Part shown: in pieces, positions 11,439 to 24,775 of the stretch
Position numbering within the stretch: the stretch's first letter is position 1
How the letters are laid out: the number at the start of each line of letters is the position of its first letter
Assembly (NCBI RefSeq): GCF_018977255.1
Contig: NW_024704762.1
Coordinates: 7,688,001-7,752,000, forward strand
Length of the DNA stretch: 64,000 bases
Direction of reading: 5' to 3'
Source of the DNA: Callorhinchus milii
Taxonomy: Eukaryota
Position numbers and translations under genes: made by a program
The notes under the pieces: model-generated
What the model saw: only the letters and a program-made list of their open reading frames with translations
Database searches by the model: none
Told to the model about the DNA's origin: nothing

Positions 11439-13445
11439 TCATAGAATCATAGAATTATACAGCTCAGAAGGAGGCCATTCGGCCCACCGTGTCTGTGCTG
11501 GCTCTTTAAAAAGAGCTATACAAATCAATCCCATTCCCCGCACTCTCCCCATAGCCCTGCAAACTCGTCCTCCCCAAATAATTATCTACTTCTTTCCTAA
11601 AAGTTGTTATCCAATTGGTGTCCACCAGCCTTTCAAGCAATGCATTCCAGATCCCAACAACTCGCTGTGTGAAAGCATTTTCTCCTCACCTTCCCTCTGT
11701 TTCTTTTAACAACTGTTTTAAATCGGTTTCCTCGGGTTACCGACCCACCCGCCAGTGGAAATAATTTCTCCTTGTTCACCCTATCGAATCCCTTCATAAT
11801 TTTGAAAACTTCTATTAAGTCTCCTCTTAGCCATCTCTGCTCCAAGGAGAATAATCCTAGCTTTGCTCGCCTCTCCTGATAAATGAAGTCCCTCATTCCT
11901 GGTAAATCTCATTTGCACCCTCTCCAATGCCTTGACATCCTTCCTAAAGTGTGGTGCCCAGAACTGAGCAGTCTCCAGCTGAGGCCTAACCAGTGTTTCC
12001 TAAAAGGTTCATAGTAACTTCCTGATTTTTGTATTCTCCGCTCCTATTTATAAAGCCTAGTATCCCTTATGCTTTTTTTAACAGCTTTATCTACCTGTCT
12101 CTCCACCTTCAAAGATTTACTTATATGAGCCCCCAGGTCTCTCTGTTCCTTCGCCCCCTTTAAGATTCTGCCGTCAGCTTATATATTGCCTCTCCTCATT
12201 CTTCCTCCCAAAATACATCACTTTGTATTTCTCCACATTAAACTTCATCTGCCACGTGTCTGCCCTTTTTACCAGTCAGACTATATCGATTTGCAATCTG
12301 CTACTATCCTCCTCATTGTTTGCTATTTTTCCTGGTTTAGTAACATCTGCAAACTTGGAAGTTGTACTCCCTATACCAAAGTCCAGGTCATTTATATAGA
12401 TCATAAACAGAGGTGATCCCAATACTGACCCCTGGGGGACACCACTGCACTTCCCTCCAGTCAGAAAAACAACTGTTCACCACCACTCTCTGCTTTTTGT
12501 CTCCCAGCCATTTTTGTCTCCTGTATCCATGCTGCCACTTTCGCTTTAATACCGTGGGCTTCTATTTTGCTTATAAGTCTATTATGTGGCACTTTATCAA
12601 ACCCTTTTGAAAATCCATATAAACTACATCAACTGCACTGCCTTCATTCACCCTTTCCGTTACTTCATCAAAAATCTCTTATCAGGTTTGTTAGACATGA
12701 TTTGCCTTTAACAAATCCATGTTGGCTGTCCTTTATTAACCCATATTTTTCTAAGTGACAATTAATTTTGTCCCGGATTATAGTCTCTAGAAGTTTCCCC
12801 GCTACTGGGGTTAGGCTGACTGGCCTGTAGCTCCCGGGTTTATCCTTCTGCCCCTTTTTATACAGTGGAGGAACATTTGCAACCCTCCAGTCCTCTGGCA
12901 CCACCCCGGTGTCCAAGGAGGATTGAAAGATTGTGACCAGAGCCTCTGCTATTTCCACCCTTGCTTCCCTCAGTAACCTAGGATGCATCCCGTCCGGACC
13001 GGGTGACTTTACCTTGAGCACCGACAACCTTTTTAGTACCTCCTCTCGGTTTATTATTATCTTATTCAATTTCTCTCCCCTCTCCTCCCATACTGTGGCA
13101 TTGGCTGCATTCTCTTCTTTTGTGAAGACAGATGCAAAGTATTCATTCAGTACATCAGCCATGGCCTCTGCCTCCACAAGAAGATTTCCTCTTTGGTCCC
13201 TAATTGGATCCACCCTACCTTTGACTAACCTTTTATTCTTTATATGCTTATAAAGTACCTCAAGGCTCCCTTTCGTGTTACCCGCTAATCTTTTCTCATA
13301 CAATCTCTTTGCCCCTGTTATTTCCTTCTCAGTTTTCCTCTGTGCTTTCTATATTCTATTTGATAATCATCTGTATTTTGGACCTCACATTTATCATAAG
13401 CCTCTTTTTTCTGTTTTATTTTAATCTCTATTTCCTTATTCGTTC
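11439..13445 (-). mobile_element. CR1 LINE, 5'-truncated, frameshifted ORF2 (reverse transcriptase)
   Basis: ORF pieces KSPGPDGMHPRLL, PEDWRVANV, YRPVSLT, QHGFVKGKSCLTNL, KFADVTK, LGLFSLE..LRGDLIEVFK; (ATTCTATG)n tail at 11439-11456. Confidence 0.92.
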
Positions 13446-15379
13446 AGGGAAGTGGATTTTTTTTTGAGTGATTGTTACTCCCCGGAAAAGCGATCTGCTA
13501 TCGACCAACAACTGGGATGCAAGTGACTGTTAGGTAAACAGGCACCTGTGGAGTAAGGAAAGTTGCCTAAAGTTTTGCCCCGCCCGAGAATTGCCTAACA
13601 TCACGCCCCCCTCTCCCCGGCTCGGTGTCATACTCCGCCACTATCAAGGGCTCTGGGATACTACTATGTTTGAGGAGCGCTTTATAAATGCAAGTTGTTG
13701 TTGGTGGTGCAAAATTGGCTAATGAGAGGAGTTGCTTACACTGATAGTTTCAACCCAATAAGTCAGAGTGATGCGAGGCTGACAGGCAGTTTACCAGACA
13801 GTGTTTAAAATGCATCACTGCAGCATAGTATTAGCTGGTTAAACTCCAGCAGTTCCGTACCCTTCCCCCACCAACCCCCTAACGTATACTCTGGGGTCCC
13901 CAAAGCCTTGGCTCTTGCCAACCTGCGACTAATATTTTCCGGGATTAGGTAAGCGGTTTGCTGTAGAGTTGTACTGACGGCAATACAGTGTGTGTTTCAA
14001 GCTCCGGTTTTACTTGTAGCATCAGGAATTGCGGTACGTTCAATTTTTTTTTATATATGTCTCCCTAGTATTTGGGTAATTTGATAGTTTACAAAACATG
14101 GATATCCTCCCTTTGGGCTTTAGCTTGCAGGGTTAACAGGAGCTGAATGGGAAGATTCCCTGCTTCGCCTATTCTTTTACGTGGACTTCTACAGATTTGT
14201 TCAGATTGTACAGAATGGAAATAGGGCAGGTAGCCCAACTAGTCCAGGTCTGTGTTCATACTCCACAAGATTCTCAACACTCCTTACACCCTCCCACATC
14301 GCTTTCTATTGCCAAAGGTTTCCGATAAGCCAGGCTGTCTGTCTGTCTTTGAAGGTGACCAAATTATTATTATTACATGGACTGGCACGTTACACAGAGG
14401 AGTAGAAATTGTGTTTTGACAGGGAAAGAAAGAACACGAGCTTGTATTGTAATAGCATAAATAATTATATATGAATAATTATAGCTGACTGAAAGAGTTT
14501 CGCGATAATTACAGTCAGGGTACAGTGACTGAATTGGAGATCAAAGTGGCATCCATTGTGCTCACAGCCATGAAGAATGGCCAATTGACGCGGGGAGAGA
14601 AACTCCATTCAGCATTTAAGCATCTATCTGAAGAACAGGTAGACGGGACCTGGGTTTAATTTTTCCTCTGGAGGACGTTACCTTAGAAGGTTGCAAAGTT
14701 CCCCCAGCATTGCACTGGAGTGTCAGCCTAGGCTCTGTGAAGTAGTCCGAACACAGGGCTTGAACCTTCTACTGCAAACCTCACCGGATGCCGTCACAAC
14801 GTCAACTCACTTTGGGGAACGAAAGGATGGTGGGTGGGCTGGCATGTGGGCTAGAAGGCATCAGCAGGCTTTGCATTGTGACCACATGATATGAAAGCAG
14901 CAGGTGTGAAACTGGAAATGTTATTGCTGAAATACTGCGGAGGGTGGGGTGTGTGTTTGTGTGAGGGTTGTGGGTAGTGTTCTCTTCAGTCTCTGTGTTA
15001 ATACCAAAACGTCAGCTGTTGTTTTGTCATGGTTCCTTGGCGACAGCAGGTTCTCTGTGTTCAGACATGCAAAACTTTCCAAGTCAAATTCTCCTCTGTC
15101 CAAGTTGACCCTGAATGCCGATAAGGGGTGGAAAAATACAGTGTTTCGTTGCAGGTTTTCAATGGGACAATTATGAGGTTGAATCTTTTAGGTAAAACTG
15201 TATAACGATCCACTCGGGTGTGAAATGGGGGGAAGCAGGGAGATCGAAAGCACGGTTGAAGAGGAGGGTTTTGAGGTGGGTCTTGAAGGTGGCGAGGGAA
15301 GGGGTGAGATGGAGGGACTGCGAAATGGAGTTTCAGAGGGTGGGTTCAGAGTGGCAGAAGGCCCGCCCGCCTCTTCACC

Positions 15380-16432
15380 CTCTATATGCTCCCCATCGGT
15401 GACATCATCCGCAGACATGGAGTTAACGTCCACATGTATGCGGATGACACCCAACTCTACCTTTCCTCCTCTACTCTCAACTCCACGACCACCGATGTCC
15501 TGACAGCTGCCTGTCCGACATCGAGTCCTGGACGAGAGACAACTTTCTTCAGCTCAACGTGCGAAAAACCGAGGCCCTCCTGATTGGCTCACGTCAACGC
15601 CTCCGCACCTCAGGCGCTGACACCATCAGCATCCAAGGCTGCACTCTCCACCTCTCAAAGCCAGTCAGGAACCTCGGGTTTTGTTCGACCCTGAGCTGTC
15701 CTTTCTCCCTCACATCCGCACCACAACTGGCACCGCCTTCCATCACCTTCGGAACATCGCCAGACTACGGCATTACCTCACCCCTCACGCTGCTGAAACC
15801 CTGGTCCACGCCTTTGTCACCTCAAGGCTGGACTATGGGAACTCTCTCCTCGCCGGCCTTCCCGCCACCTCCCTCCACACTGCAGGTCATTCAGAACTCT
15901 GCAGCTCGTGTACTGTCCCGCACCAGACACCGCGACCACATCACTCCCACCCTCGCTCGCCTCCACTGGCTCCCCATCCCCCAGAGGATTGATTTCAAGA
16001 TCCTCATCCTCACCTACAAGGCCATTCACGGCCTTGCTCCCTCCTACCTCTCCAACCTACTATCCCCCTACCTACCTGCCCGTACCCTCCGTTCCTCTGG
16101 CTCCGGTCTGCTCCACGTCCCCCGCCCCAACCGCCCTACCATCGGTGGTCGGGCCTTCAGCCTCTCAGCCCCCAGGCTCTGGAACTCCATCCCCCAGTGC
16201 CTTCGCCGCTTCCTCCCTTTCCTCCTTCAAGGCCGGTCTCAAAACCTTTCTCTTTGACCGTGCCTTCAGCTCCCCTCTCGACTCTCTTCCCCCTCCTCGC
16301 TCCCTCCCTTCCCTCCCCTCACCCTGACCATTTCCCCCCTGCTCGGGTCATGACCCAACTGTGCAGCGCCTTGGGACGTCCTCCTGACGTGAAAGGCGCT
16401 TTATAAATGGAATCTTGTTGTTGTTGTTGTTG
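15380..16432 (+). mobile_element. L2 LINE 3' portion (degenerate RT C-terminal half)
   Basis: [42 protein letters not shown]; 3' end gcgccttgggacgtcctcctgacgtgaaaggcgc + (TTG)n tail. Confidence 0.92.
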
Positions 16433-16433
16433 T

Positions 16434-17600
16434 AGTGGGGCAAGCAAGGTGGGGGACGTGAAGCAGGCCGGAGCCCGCTGAGCGGAGGGAGCGAGCAGGG
16501 TGGTAGGGTGTTAGGTGGTCGGAGAAGTAGGGACGAGCAAGACTGTGGAGGGCTTTGAAGGTGAGGACCAGGATCTTGAACTGTATTCTCTGTGTGATGG
16601 GAAGCCAGTGGAGTCGGGCAAGGATGGGGGTGATAGGGTCGCGGAGCCTGGTGCGGGAGAGGACACAGACTGCAGAGTTCTGGATGATCTGCAGCCTATG
16701 GAGGGAGGATTTGGGAAGGCTGACAAGCAGGGAGTTTGCATAGTCGAGCCTCAGTGCAATGAAAGCGTGTATGAGGGTTTCAGCAGCCTGTGGTGTGAGA
16801 CAATGTCGGAGTCGGGCGACGTTGCAGAGGTGGGGAAAGACAGATCGGGTCATGGCGCAGATGTGGGGTAGAAAGGATAGTTAAGGGTCAAACAAGACCC
16901 CAAGGTTCCAGACTGGCTTAGCAAGGTGGTGGGTTTCATACGGGTTATGGTGGTGGTGAGAGCGGAGGGGAAGATAGGTTCAAAGGTGTGGAGGGAGGGG
17001 TGGGTAGGGGCTGGGGTTGGAGGGGGAGATGGGGAGGGGGTAGCAGTTGCATTGGCAGAGGCAGCTGAGCAGATTCCCTTGACTTTGGATTCGAGTAAGT
17101 CCAGCTTCGCCTCGCAGTTGGCATTTGAGGTGAGGATGGGTGAGGCGTGAGAGAGTGGCCGGAGGAGTCGGTTTGTGATGGAGAAGAGGAGCCTGGGGTT
17201 GTCCTTGGAGTAGAACAATGATTTAGGGGAGGCGAGGGCAGAGTGGTAGGATTTGACACGTGCCTGGGCTTTAAGGGAGCGGAGGTGGCTGGTGTACCAG
17301 GGTGATTTGCGTGAGTAGGAGACAGTTCAGGAAGAGAGGGGAGCGAGGGAATTGAGAGTGGAGGAGGGAGCTGTGGAGAAGTTTGACTGAGGAGGATAGA
17401 TCATTGCAGGAGGACGCCCAGAGGGGAAGGAGTTCAGATAACTCCGAGGCAGGCGAGAGAGAGAGGGGGAGCAGTAGATAAGGAGAAGTTTGAGGGAAAG
17501 ATTGGAGCGGTGATAGAGGAGGGGAAAGTTCCAGAGGAGCAAAGGGATCGTCTGAGCCGGGAGGGACGAGTTGTGAAATTAGCAGGCGATGCGGTGACTT
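16434..17600 (-). mobile_element. L2 LINE fragments (internally deleted), tail-to-tail with the previous L2
   Basis: HAFIALRLDYANSLL, PITPILARLHWLP, DNPRLLFSITNRLL. Confidence 0.85.
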
Positions 17601-18786
17601 AATGTTAAGAGCACAAGTGTTTCTTGAGCCCTGTCCTGCTGCTGGTTCCATCCTTAAAATAAAGCATTGACCATCATCTATTGCACTTATTCAAGGACCC
17701 TTGTTTTTGTAAATTGAAAATGACGCAACTGGTTTGGGTTTGTAGAGTCCTGACTAGAAACTCAGATTGAAATGAGCAGCCAGGACATTGTGTTGACTGC
17801 GATACACTATGTACAGACCCACAGGCACACAGTCACTGAAGAGATAGAGGGGGATCTTATCCAGACCATTAAACCTTTTTTTGGGGGGGAGGGGCGCGGG
17901 TCAGCGAGAGAACGAGAGAGAGAGAGAGTGGGTAATGTTAGGAATTGGGGAAAGAGAAAATAAGCAGAGAGTAAAGAGAGGGGAGAGGCGCAGAAGGAGA
18001 GAAGAAAGAAGGGAGGAAGACAAAAGGGAAGGATTGTTAGAAAATGTAATTGATTATTTCTCGTACAAAGGCTTGGGCAAACTGAGCTAACTGGAATCTA
18101 AGTAGGTAAAACAACATAGTTTGTCAGTGAGAGCATCGTATCTGTTGATTGATGAGTCATGAGCTGGATTGCGCTAGAGTCGCCCTGGAATACTGTGGAC
18201 CCGCCTGCCTCAGGAACCAGACTGGAGACCGCTGCAGAGGGTGGGATCGATTCCGACACATCACCTCGGAGCCAGGAGACCCTCTTGCCTCACTCCTCTC
18301 CATGCCTCGCTGGGAGAAAGTGAGTGAGAGAGAGGGAGAGAGAGAGAGACAGAGACAGAAATGGAGGGTGGCAGAGTGGTAGTCATGTGCAGTGTCTATC
18401 ACAACACCGTGTAGCTTCTGCTGTTTGCCTCCACTCCATCAGGGCAACACACCTCTACCCGGTACACTGTGTGATCACATCAATTTAAGGAGAGGAGGTG
18501 GGGGGTAGTGCTTACGGTCACCTCACCCCTCCCCCTGGCTCGGGGTCAGACTCCGCCACTGTCAAGCGCTCCGGGATGCGATCCCCCCCCATGTTACTTA
18601 ACCACGAGTTCTAGTCACTCAATCCTGAATCCTGACCTGCGTCACGTCCTCACCTTGTAGGACCTGAGGATGAATCCCATTTTTTCTCTGTTGCTCTCGG
18701 TCTATCTCAGGGGTTTTTCTCCCGGGGGAAAGAAACAAACAACAACAACTTGCGTTTGTATAGCACCTGTCACGTCGGCAGGAAGT

Positions 18787-19320
18787 CTGGCTTAGCAAGG
18801 TGGTGGGTTTCATACGGGTTATGGTGGTGGTGAGAGCGGAGGGGAAGATAGGTTCAAAGGTGTGAAGGGAGGGGTGGGTAGGGGCTGGGAGGGGGAGATG
18901 GGGAAGGGGTAACAGTTGCAGTGCCAGAGGCAGCTGAGCAGATTCCCTTGACTTTGGATTCGAGGAAGTCTAGTATCGTCTCGCAGTTGTCATTTGAGGT
19001 GAGGCGTGAGAGGGTGGGTGGAGGAGTCGGTTCGTGGTGGTGAAGAGGAGCCTGGGGTTGTCCTTAGCCTCCAAGATTGTCTAGGAGTAGAACGACGATT
19101 TAGTGGAGGTGAGAGCGGAGTGGTAGGATTTGACATGGTCCAGCCAAATCTGCCGGTGGACAGTTAGATTTGATTTAAACCAGGTGCGCTTATCGGAACG
19201 CGCCTGGGCTTTAAGGAAGCGGAAAGAAGACCGAGGTCCACCCACAACAAAACCAACAACAACAAATTGCATTTGTATAGCGGCTTTCACGTCAGAAGGA
19301 CATCCCAGGCTGGAGCGTCA
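18787..19320 (-). mobile_element. L2 LINE fragment plus L2 tail
   Basis: Diverged homolog of 16915-17270 (HRQIWLDHVKSYHSALT); duplicated at 41654-42187. Confidence 0.75.
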
Positions 19321-20504
19321 GCGATTTGGACCTGAATTGGGGTTTGTGATCAGGAGGGAATAGGAGGCTCAGGCGAAGAGGAGGATCTTGAAGGAGGCAA
19401 TTTTTTTTAAAAGTCGAATTCGCCATCTTCAAATCCCACTAAAAACCTGCCTCTTCGACTGCATCCGGTCGTCTTCCCGATTCTCCCTCTTCTTGTCGTC
19501 TGACCCGACCACTGCCCAGCGCTCCGAAACGTTATCCCACGCGAACGGGGAGATGTACGAATGCAAGTTGTCGTCGATGTTGACAATCCGCTCCCACAGG
19601 CTGGAATTCTGAGCCTCACTGGCGAGAGAACAAAAAAACAACAACACGTTTAACAAATGTGCAAGTATCCTTATGGCTTAAAAATTATTTTGAGCTTCCT
19701 GCTCCTGAACAGAAAGGGTTAACGCAACAGCTACCTCTGCTGCTTTCTGCAGATTTGCCTCACAGGTATGCTGGTTGCGAGTTAAAGTGGAGGCTACGAG
19801 ATCCGACAGATTACAATCCTTGTGGCTAGCGATTGTTTTCAGCCGCTTTCAATCAGCTAGAGTTTAAGGTTTATCGTGCCGGTGCCAGCAAATTGACTGT
19901 TTCTGTCGACAAGCCAACTGCGGAGTGGAGCGCTCGTTGCGTCCCATTATCCAGTTCTCAGAGAGAGCTTTCCAGTTTTCTGATACTGAAAGGTAATCGC
20001 ATAATTACCTACACTTGGCACCGGGTATGTTCTCTTTCCTTAATCGACCTTGGCCGCAAATTTCTAATTTTTCTAAACGACTTGTTGCAGGCAACCGGAG
20101 TCCGGCAATGATAATGTAATAATAATCAGAATCTGTGTATTAAGAGTCCTTCCCATTATCATTTTATGTTTCTGCTCTGGGTGTAGCTTGATTGCCATTT
20201 TGTAAAAACTTATTGGTGGTCTGTTTTCTTACTCCACTCAGTGTTGCTGTCTCCGTCGTTCATTCTTTTCTGATGTCTTTCGCTGACTCTCTCTCAGTCA
20301 CCCTATCTCTATCTACCTGTTTGTCTGCTCGGTGAACAGACAGCAGAAAGAGAAGCTCTGGGATTCTATCCTCCCTGAGGGGCACTATATAAATGCAAGT
20401 TGCTGGTCTGACTTTCTCTGTGTGTATATATCTTATCTCTCTCTTGCCTTGTCTCTGTCTATACATCTCTCTCTCTCTCTTCTATCTGGATTTATCTGTT
20501 TCTG

Positions 20505-21678
20505 TGTGAAGTTTGGTAGAAAAAATATAAAAGCAGATTATTTTCTCGATGGGGAAAGGTTAGGTCGTGTCAGTATTCAGAGGGATTTAGGTGTCCTTGT
20601 ACACCAATCACAGAAAGTTAGAATGCAGGTACAGCAAGCAATTAGAAAGGCTAATAGCATGTCAGCACTTATTGAAAAGGAGTTAGAGTACACGAGTAGC
20701 AAAGTTTTGCTGCAATTGTATAGAGCCTTGGTGAGATCGCACCTGGAATATTGTCATCCTCAAAGCTTACTCTCCCACCTAGCTTAGTATCATCTGCAAA
20801 TTTAGATATTTTAAGTTCTATGTCCTTTTCTAGATTGATATAGATTGTAAATATTTGAGGCCCAAGCACTGATCCTTGTGGCACTCCACTCGTCACATCC
20901 CACCAATCTGAGAAGGACCCGTTTATCCCTACTCTCTGTTTTCTTCCCGTTAGCCACTCTTCGATCCATGCTAATACATTGCCTTTAGTTCCATGTGCCC
21001 TAATCTTGTGTAGCAGCCTTTTATGTGGCACCTTGTCGAATGCCTTCTGAAAATCTAAATATAGTACACCTACTGGTTTCCCCCCCTATCTAATCTGCTA
21101 GTTACATCCTCAAAAAACTCTAAAGGATTTGTTAAGCATGACTTCCCTTTTGTAAAGCCATGTTGACTCTGCCTAATCATATTATGGTCCTAAGTATCCC
21201 ACTACAATGTCCCTAATTAAGGATTCTAGAATTTTCCCTACCACCGATGTCAGACTGACTGGTCTATAATTCGCCATCTTCTCTCTCCCACCCTTCCTAA
21301 ATAGTGGTGTTACGTTTGCGACCTTCCAATCAATGGGAACCATTCCAGAATCCAAGATCAATTTTGCAAGATCAAAAACAAAGCATCTGCTATCTCTACA
21401 ACCACCTCTTTTAAAACCTGAAGACGCAGGCCATCAGGTCCAGGGGATTTGTCATTTTTTAATCTCAACAGTTTCTCTAGTACTAATTCTTTACTGATGT
21501 TAATTTTCCTAAGTTGCTCACTAACATTGGCTTCTTGGTTCCCTCTACTTTTTGTAAGAAAGGATAAACTCGCTTTAGAGGGGGTGCAATGTAGGTTCAC
21601 TAGGTTGGTTCCTGGGATGAGGTGGTTGATGTATGAGCAGAGGTTGAGTATTCCTGCTCCTAATGTTCTTATGTTCTT
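20505..21678. mobile_element. Rearranged CR1 LINE (+/-/+ pieces)
   Basis: + FGRKN..RDLGVLV..HLEYC; - [20 protein letters not shown]; + RKD.LALEGVQ.RFTRL and CR1 tail; duplicated at about 43372-44544. Confidence 0.85.
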
Positions 21679-22559
21679 TCTCTGTTTCTATTATTTTTCG
21701 GTCCTATCTCTTTGGATTTGACACTTCGCACAGACAGCCTGGATCATCGGCAGACACCCTGCTGACCAAAAAAACAATTTGCAATTCTCTGTCCCCTTTT
21801 CAAATAACACAATTGTCTATGTGGCTTTGTGTATCAGAGAATTCCACAATCTCACAGCAATGTAAGCAAATGATCTCTTATCTCAATTGTACCAGGTTTA
21901 GCTTTAATTTAAGACTATAATGCTTTGCATTGTATTCTTCCGCTGGGGTCTAGCGTCCAGGGCTGCCATTAATCTAAAGATTATAAACCAGTTTTTNATT
22001 AACCTTTCACTAGAACTAATAACTACAAGTGGCACTTCACCGAAGATAATATCTCAGGGATTAATCTAGATAAATATTGCCAGGTGGCTTACAAACTGAG
22101 AAGATATTTTCTAGCATCTCATGCAGGAGTTAATAATAATAACCCTTAGCATAGCAGTGTCCCACAAACAGTCGTGGATTGAGTGACCAAATTATTATTA
22201 TTTTTTCGAAGGGATTATTACACCTGGAAAAGCGATCTGCTAGTCAACTAGCAACTGGAAGCCTTAACAATAACAGCACCCCAGAGTGCTTGCCAACTCA
22301 CAGAAAACGATGACTCATAATACAATAGTTCAGGGCTTTGCATTGTGACAATTATTAATTTTGTTTGCTCTTCCCCTGCCTCCTTCTCCCCACTCCCCCC
22401 TACACACCCTCCCCCTCCCCACTTTTCTCCTCATTGCCATTGATCCACATTAGTGTGGGGTTTTAATTAATGTGATTGAGAAACATGAATGACGGTTTTG
22501 GTAAAACGCAAACAGGATGTGGTCAAAAAAATGTCACTAAATAATATTGAAAATATTGA

Positions 22560-22912
22560 AACTGGTTAGAACACTTGCTTGGTAAGCGAGAGGACAAGGG
22601 TTTGATTCTTGGTAGGGTGAAACCTTAGGCAAGTTTCCTTACAACGCACGCCTCTGTTTACCTAGCAGTAAGTAGGAACCCGGTTGTTAGTCGATTGATG
22701 GATCATTTCTCCAGGGGTAATAATCCCTTTAAAAAAATAATAAATTGGTCACTCAATCCACGACTGTTTGTGGGACGTCACTGTGCACAATCAGCTGCCG
22801 CGTTTTGCCCACAAAATACACGGTCAATTCACTTTACAGTTTATTCTGTGAAGCACTTTGAGACGTCTCGAAGACGTGAGAAGGTGCTACATCAAATGAA
22901 AGGATTATTACT
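22560..22912 (+). mobile_element. tRNA-derived SINE, older near full-length copy
   Basis: Degenerate B box (gggtttgattc), SINE body, short (TTA) tail; copy at about 45427-45779. Confidence 0.75.
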
Positions 22913-23607
22913 ATATAGGATTATTATAAAACTAGCTTGGATGGTTTTGCAAAACCTGTTTGCTCACTTAAAACATTCTGCCACATTTCTCCTCCTCTAA
23001 ACCATTTAACTGCGTTAAGAATAGAGTAAGCACGTTATTCCTGGATGAAAAGTATTCTGTGATGAGTTTGTGCATTGATGTGCATTGAGGATATTGCTGG
23101 AGTCTTAACCAGCTAAACACCCAAAGCTTACCATGGGGAGCAAGCACTGCCTCCAAACAAAAACTTCCAATACCTGAAAGGTTCATAACGAATGCCCCTT
23201 TTTAACAGATAATTTATCTTGCTAAACCACTCAATCAACACTCCAATGGATCACAGCAGATTGAGACACTTCATGCAATATAACAATTGCTTTGTGGGTG
23301 GGCGGTTAAATACCGGTCAGTTTATTTATTGATCTGAATTCGGAACATCTCCGGGGGAAAAAACGTAAGTGAAAGTGTTCTAGAAAGAAGTAGGTGAAAA
23401 TATTCACCCCAGGACATGATCTGGAACAGTGGTGGGACAACTTTGGTTCTTGATTGTTCTTGATTGATAGCTACTGGAAACATTTATTTGACACACGCAG
23501 TCATCTAGAACACGGTGATGATTGACAGGCCATTTTATGACTCATCCGGGCTGACTACAGCAGATCTAGACACTAGAGAATCATTGTTGGATGTCTTACA
23601 AGCTGAG

Positions 23608-24085
23608 CAACAACAACAACTTGGATTTATATAGCGTCCTCCACGCCAGACAGCGTCTCAGAGCGCTTTACGATAACGGATTCCGGGACCGAGCCGGGGG
23701 AGGGGGAGGAAGATTACCAAAGCGGCTTTTTGGGAGAGATATTGGCGGAGACGGGCGATGTGTCAGAGGTGGTAGAAGGCAGTGCTGGTGAGAGACTGGA
23801 TGTGGGGGAGGAAGGATAATTGGGGGTCGAAACTGCTGCCTAGGTGGCATACGGGTTCAGAGAGTTTTAGCGGGAGGTCGGGTAGGTGGAGGAGGTGAGA
23901 GCCGTGAGATTTTAGACATTGACGAGAGCCAAAGAGTATGGCTTCCGTCTTGTCAACGTTCAGCTGAAGGAAGTTTGCGCTCATCCAGCCCCTGAGATCT
24001 GACAGGCAGAACATCAGGGGACTGGGGGTCGCAAAGAGAGGTGGAAAAATAGAATTGGGTGTCATCTGCATACACGTGGAACTGT
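23608..24085 (-). mobile_element. L2 LINE fragment
   Basis: FHVYADDTQFY, WMSANFLQLNVDKTEAILFG; (TTG)n tail at 23608; copy at 46475-46952. Confidence 0.8.
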
Positions 24086-24409
24086 ACTTTTCTGCAGTGA
24101 AGAACTATCACACATAACAACAAATCAGCACTATCTCTGCTCACAGAGAGAGGAGATACAGGCTAGCTCAGAAAATAACCTTTGAGAACAGGAAGGAGAA
24201 GAGGGAAGTTGAAAAGCACTTTCTTCCCCTCGCAAGCTGGTCCTTGAAATGTGGAAGAAAATTTAAAATACAGCACTTTGCACTCCTCCCTGGAGCTGAT
24301 ATACATCAGAGTGGGTAATATCATGCTTGTGACTTGCGTGAATGTTGGAGGCTATTTCCAAGTGTGGTTGGAAAAAATGTCACCAAAGAACTGTGGAAAA
24401 TGCTGAAAT

Positions 24410-24775
24410 GGTTTGGCATATTTTGCCTTAACCTAGAGGACATTGGTTTCAATTTCCGGGCAAGAACCTTAGGCAAGGTTCCTAACTCCACACGCCTCTG
24501 TTGACCTAGACGTAAGTAGGAACCCGGTTGTTAGTCGATTGGCAGATAGCTTTCCGGGGGTACTAATCACTTCAAAGCAAAAATGTGGTCACACGAACGA
24601 TGACTGTCTGTGGGACACTGCTGTGCGCAATTGGCCTCCGGGTTTTGCCCCAAAAATATACAGTCAATTCACTTTACAGTATATTCTGTGAAGCGCTTTG
24701 ACACGTCCTGAAGAAGTGATAAGGAGCTATATCAAATGCAAGGATTATTATTGTTAATAAGTAATAATAATGATA
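24410..24775 (+). mobile_element. tRNA-derived SINE
   Basis: SINE body and tail; copy at about 47277-47642. Confidence 0.75.

Noticed and set aside
17750-18700. Exon-like pieces on the minus strand in block X (donor CAAG|GTGAGG near 18653, acceptors near 18313 and 17874, peptide FNGLDKIPLYLFSDCVP)
   Set aside because: I could not join them into a consistent reading frame or recognise a protein; RNA-seq or BLAST would be needed.
23365-23378. IRF/PRDM1-like site AAGTGAAAGTG
   Set aside because: A single short motif with no identified promoter nearby; could occur by chance.
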